Below, piece after piece: positions 58,568-60,970 of a DNA stretch of 60,970 nt (position 1 is its first letter; each line of letters starts with the position of its first letter). Location of the stretch: IMG/VR virus record IMGVR_UViG_3300033986_000160; one strand, written 5' to 3'. Under the pieces are notes generated by a model. That model was not told where the DNA came from. It did no database searches and worked only from the letters and a program-made list of their open reading frames with translations. The position numbers and the translations under genes were made by a program. This DNA comes from an uncultured virus (IMG/VR IMGVR_UViG_3300033986_000160) (taxonomy: Duplodnaviria > Heunggongvirae > Uroviricota > Caudoviricetes).

Positions 58568-59210
58568 CTCCCGCCGCTTTAACATCGGTAACCCTTTGGT
58601 TAAGGGCATTCTGTGCGAATCTCAGATAATTCTGCAAATCCATGATCGATGTCAACGGAGGTAAGTCATTTGCAGCTATCATATCATTCGCTATATCTAT
58701 CATATAGAGCACAAGCTCTAACGAATACTTATCCATCAACCATTTGAGTCCACCGATATATTTCGCCTGATTTATCTCCATCTTGTCATAGAGATTTTCA
58801 TGACGTAAGTAATAATCGTAGAGCTCCTCAATGGTATAACTGCACCTCATCTCAAGAAAATAAGGCTGTACTTCACGTTTTATCTCACCGGTATTATAGT
58901 CTACTGTTACCTTTGGCGGAGGAGGTGTTATTCTGAGTTCATTGTGATAATAATATTCAAATGGCTTCAGAATGTTCCTTCTCTTTGGCGTTCGTCCGTC
59001 AAAATAAGTGTTCAGATCAAGCACCTTATCAGGATATTTGTTCTTGAAGAAATCCATATTCAGTTGTATTTCTCCTGAAGTCCACCCTTTGGACAAGAGG
59101 GAGGCCATAGAATTTACGGCCTCTTTCTTAATGTCCTTAGTGATATCAGGAACAGCGTAGAACATAATGACATAGTTGAAAGCCAAGTCATATATACTCA
59201 TAGCGTCCAT
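58494..59210 (-). CDS. Hypothetical replication-module protein
   Basis: AGGAGGT RBS; lies between the annealing-protein gene and the primase. Confidence 0.5.
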   Translation of the reverse strand: MDAMSIYDLAFNYVIMFYAVPDITKDIKKEAVNSMASLLSKGWTSGEIQLNMDFFKNKYPDKVLDLNTYFDGRTPKRRNILKPFEYYYHNELRITPPPPKVTVDYNTGEIKREVQPYFLEMRCSYTIEELYDYYLRHENLYDKMEINQAKYIGGLKWLMDKYSLELVLYMIDIANDMIAANDLPPLTSIMDLQNYLRFAQNALNQRVTDVKAAGDDKIVPKARVLPGRNRVLDNRQGE

Positions 59211-59222
59211 AGTGATACCTCC

Positions 59223-59837
59223 TTAATCTATTTGCATAAAATCAAGGAAATCATCAATATTGTCCGGAGTCAACTGGCTCTTGGTCTTGATGTTTGCGTT
59301 CCACCTCTGTAAGTATTTATTAAATTCTTCGTCAGTTTTTATATTGAGTTTTGCTTTGAGCCTGTTTACTCTCTCTACCTGTTCTTTGGAGAATTTCTTT
59401 TTCTCTCCTGTTGTATGACGCTGTTCCTCGGTTTGATGTGTCACCGGAGCGTTGTTTACAGGGCTTATATGAGCCTGAGTGAATGTGAATTCATTGTACT
59501 CCATTCCGAGAGTAGACAGTGCATTATTGATTGCGTCTTTTATGACGACTTTACGGGCAATCAGGTCTACTTCCTTCTTTGTGAGTTTGGAGCTTCCTAC
59601 TCCAATCCTTACAATCTGCGGCAAATAGACTGCGACTGTGATATGGAGACTGCGTGGACCAAGGTCTTCAGAAATTTCTTCTTTTAGTATTTCATAAGAC
59701 CAAGGGATACCTTTAGAATTGATGACATCGATAGGATTTTCTGTCTTGATTTTTTCTGCTGCGATTTCACGCAGCTCTTTTGCGTAGTTTTTATACATAT
59801 CTCCGCCAAGATATGTGTTCAACAACAATTCATTCAT
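59223..59837 (-). CDS. Rad52/Sak-like single-strand annealing protein
   Basis: WSYEIL...VRIGVG...KVVIKDAINNALSTLG pattern plus a C-terminal SKEQV helical domain. Confidence 0.55.
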   Translation of the reverse strand: MNELLLNTYLGGDMYKNYAKELREIAAEKIKTENPIDVINSKGIPWSYEILKEEISEDLGPRSLHITVAVYLPQIVRIGVGSSKLTKKEVDLIARKVVIKDAINNALSTLGMEYNEFTFTQAHISPVNNAPVTHQTEEQRHTTGEKKKFSKEQVERVNRLKAKLNIKTDEEFNKYLQRWNANIKTKSQLTPDNIDDFLDFMQID

Positions 59838-59869
59838 GACCTTTCCCCCTAAATCTAATCTGTACTTAA

Positions 59870-59898
59870 ATTATATCTTCACGAGTTTGTTATGTCAA
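59870..59898 (-). promoter_or_regulatory. Consensus sigma-A promoter for the replication operon
   Basis: TTGACA-N17-TATAAT on the minus strand, 33 bp upstream of the 59837 start. Confidence 0.85.
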
Positions 59899-59924
59899 TA
59901 ATGTTTGTAACATGATGACACTTA

Positions 59925-59949
59925 AAAATGTAGCATTTTGCTACATTTT
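59925..59949. promoter_or_regulatory. Perfect palindrome, candidate operator or terminator
   Basis: aaaatgtagca-ttt-tgctacatttt just upstream of the -35 box. Confidence 0.45.
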
Positions 59950-60157
59950 CATCTGAACATCTGTTTGTTTATCCCTGTCTTTCCCCATTGTACGAGGCCC
60001 ATGACAGCTATACCAACTTGAACCACTCCAACTTTCGCTTCGCTTAGAAGTGGGAGTCTTCTCGCCTTAAACTAATAAAGCACCATCGCTTTTTGTAAAC
60101 ATTTGCGATGGTGCCAACAAGACTTGCTATTGTAATTAGTATTGTCCAATCAAACAT
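59949..60157 (-). pseudogene. Disrupted small PnuC-like membrane protein gene
   Basis: MFDWTILITIASLVGTIANVYKKRWCFI / insertion / VGIAVMGLVQWGK; the expected middle helix appears to be missing. Confidence 0.5.
60018..60066 (-). mobile_element. ~49-bp IS200/IS605-family end remnant
   Basis: Minus strand ggcgagaagactcccacttctaagcgaagcgaaagttggagtggttcaa: subterminal hairpin and GTTCA(A) terminus; left boundary uncertain. Confidence 0.6.
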
Positions 60158-60177
60158 CTTCTTACCGTTATAAGAAT

Positions 60178-60208
60178 AAAGCCACCTGCTATTGGCGGAG
60201 GCGGCTTT
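60178..60208 (-). terminator. Hairpin/terminator closing a candidate small RNA
   Basis: Minus strand aaagccgcc...ggtggcttt followed by attctt, about 35 nt downstream of a promoter -10 box. Confidence 0.5.
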
Positions 60209-60244
60209 GACTCTTTAGGCGAAAAGGTTGTTGTTGTTAATTAC

Positions 60245-60273
60245 ATTCTACTCTATATGTAGTATAATGTCAA
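60245..60273 (-). promoter_or_regulatory. Sigma-A promoter
   Basis: TTGACA-N17-TAGAAT on the minus strand. Confidence 0.75.
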
Positions 60274-60305
60274 TATTTTTATGCTACATTGTGAGTATCA
60301 ACAAC

Positions 60306-60584
60306 CTATACAAAGTATTCTTTCCATTCGAGTTCTATATCTTTGAGCTCTTTTGCAAACGTGAAGTTTACAATCTTTATACCAGGCGAGAACTTGTGAT
60401 TGAGTTCTTCATCATAAGTCTTCTGGTAGTATGCCAGTTTGGCGTCGATGTTCTCAGTTGTGTTAATAATCATTTCTGGTTTTGGGAAGCCGGCCATCTC
60501 GACCAAAATGGCGACGTACTTCATATCAAGTTCTTTTGCTCTCAGGAATATCTTGATTAAATTCTCCATGTTTACATTCATCAT
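60306..60584 (-). CDS. Hypothetical phage protein
   Basis: AAGGAGGTG RBS; PEMIIN...KLAYYQKTYDEELNH. Confidence 0.6.
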   Translation of the reverse strand: MMNVNMENLIKIFLRAKELDMKYVAILVEMAGFPKPEMIINTTENIDAKLAYYQKTYDEELNHKFSPGIKIVNFTFAKELKDIELEWKEYFV

Positions 60585-60939
60585 CTTCGTCACCTCCTTC
60601 CAGAAGGTCACGCAGAGCTATTCCCTTGTTTGGTATCACCTGGACACAACGATCATCCCACAGTTCGATCATAAAATAATCTTTTTCTGCCGTTACCGGG
60701 AGCACTTGTCCTATGTGTTCCTTGCACCATTCCTGGATAGCTCTCATGGACTCTGTACGTGCCGGATTATTGCTTGAAACTCTTGCCGTAAAGATTCTCA
60801 CATCTTTTCCTTCGGCAAGCCACATCAGGATTCTTTTAACCATCGGCATAATAGGTTTACCTATATGGCTTCCTCCCTGCCATCCGTCGTACTCGGCAAG
60901 TGTTCCATCAAGGTCCACTCCAATCCAACCTTTATTCAT
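60526..60939 (-). CDS. HAD-superfamily phosphatase (polynucleotide kinase/phosphatase-like)
   Basis: IGVDLDGTLA, IFTAR, EKD and LWDDR motifs; AGGAGGAG RBS. Confidence 0.85.
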   Translation of the reverse strand: MNKGWIGVDLDGTLAEYDGWQGGSHIGKPIMPMVKRILMWLAEGKDVRIFTARVSSNNPARTESMRAIQEWCKEHIGQVLPVTAEKDYFMIELWDDRCVQVIPNKGIALRDLLEGGDEDDECKHGEFNQDIPESKRT

Positions 60940-60970
60940 ACAACTCCTCCTATGAACCTCTCCAACCTAC

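Noticed and set aside
1..60970. Genome-wide stop-codon reassignment, suggested by in-frame TAGs at 35655 and 48857
   Set aside because: TAG, TGA and TAA all end genes directly before the next RBS or start (TAG at 1385, 17684, 33119; TGA at 10291), very long ORFs are intact in code 11, and the tRNA is an ordinary Trp-CCA.

Overview
A segment of a large (probably jumbo) tailed-phage genome with a likely low-GC Firmicutes (Clostridia-like) host. It has two convergent arms that meet at a bidirectional terminator near 47.7 kb. The + arm (1-47.7 kb) is a virion morphogenesis block. It holds large internal or membrane-segment proteins, a 2964-aa protein with an intact N-terminal DEDDh exonuclease joined to a single-chain beta+beta'-like (two-barrel) RNA polymerase with a variant NADIDAD catalytic motif, and a hub/tail lysin (NlpC/P60 plus lytic transglycosylase). 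It also holds contractile-tail baseplate genes (split spike, PAAR-like, gp25-like, J-like), a 4110-aa adhesin/fibre and an array of paralogous structural proteins. The - arm (47.7-61 kb) carries early, replication and nucleotide genes: tRNA-Trp, dCMP deaminase, a sigma factor, RuvC, a Cas4/RecB-like nuclease, ThyX, a DnaB-like helicase, an AEP primase, a Rad52-like annealing protein and a HAD phosphatase. This arm also has a ~400-nt structured ncRNA candidate next to the tRNA, two ~50-bp IS200/IS605-type mini-insertions that disrupt genes, and consensus sigma-A promoters. All calls come from reading motifs by eye; no searches were run.
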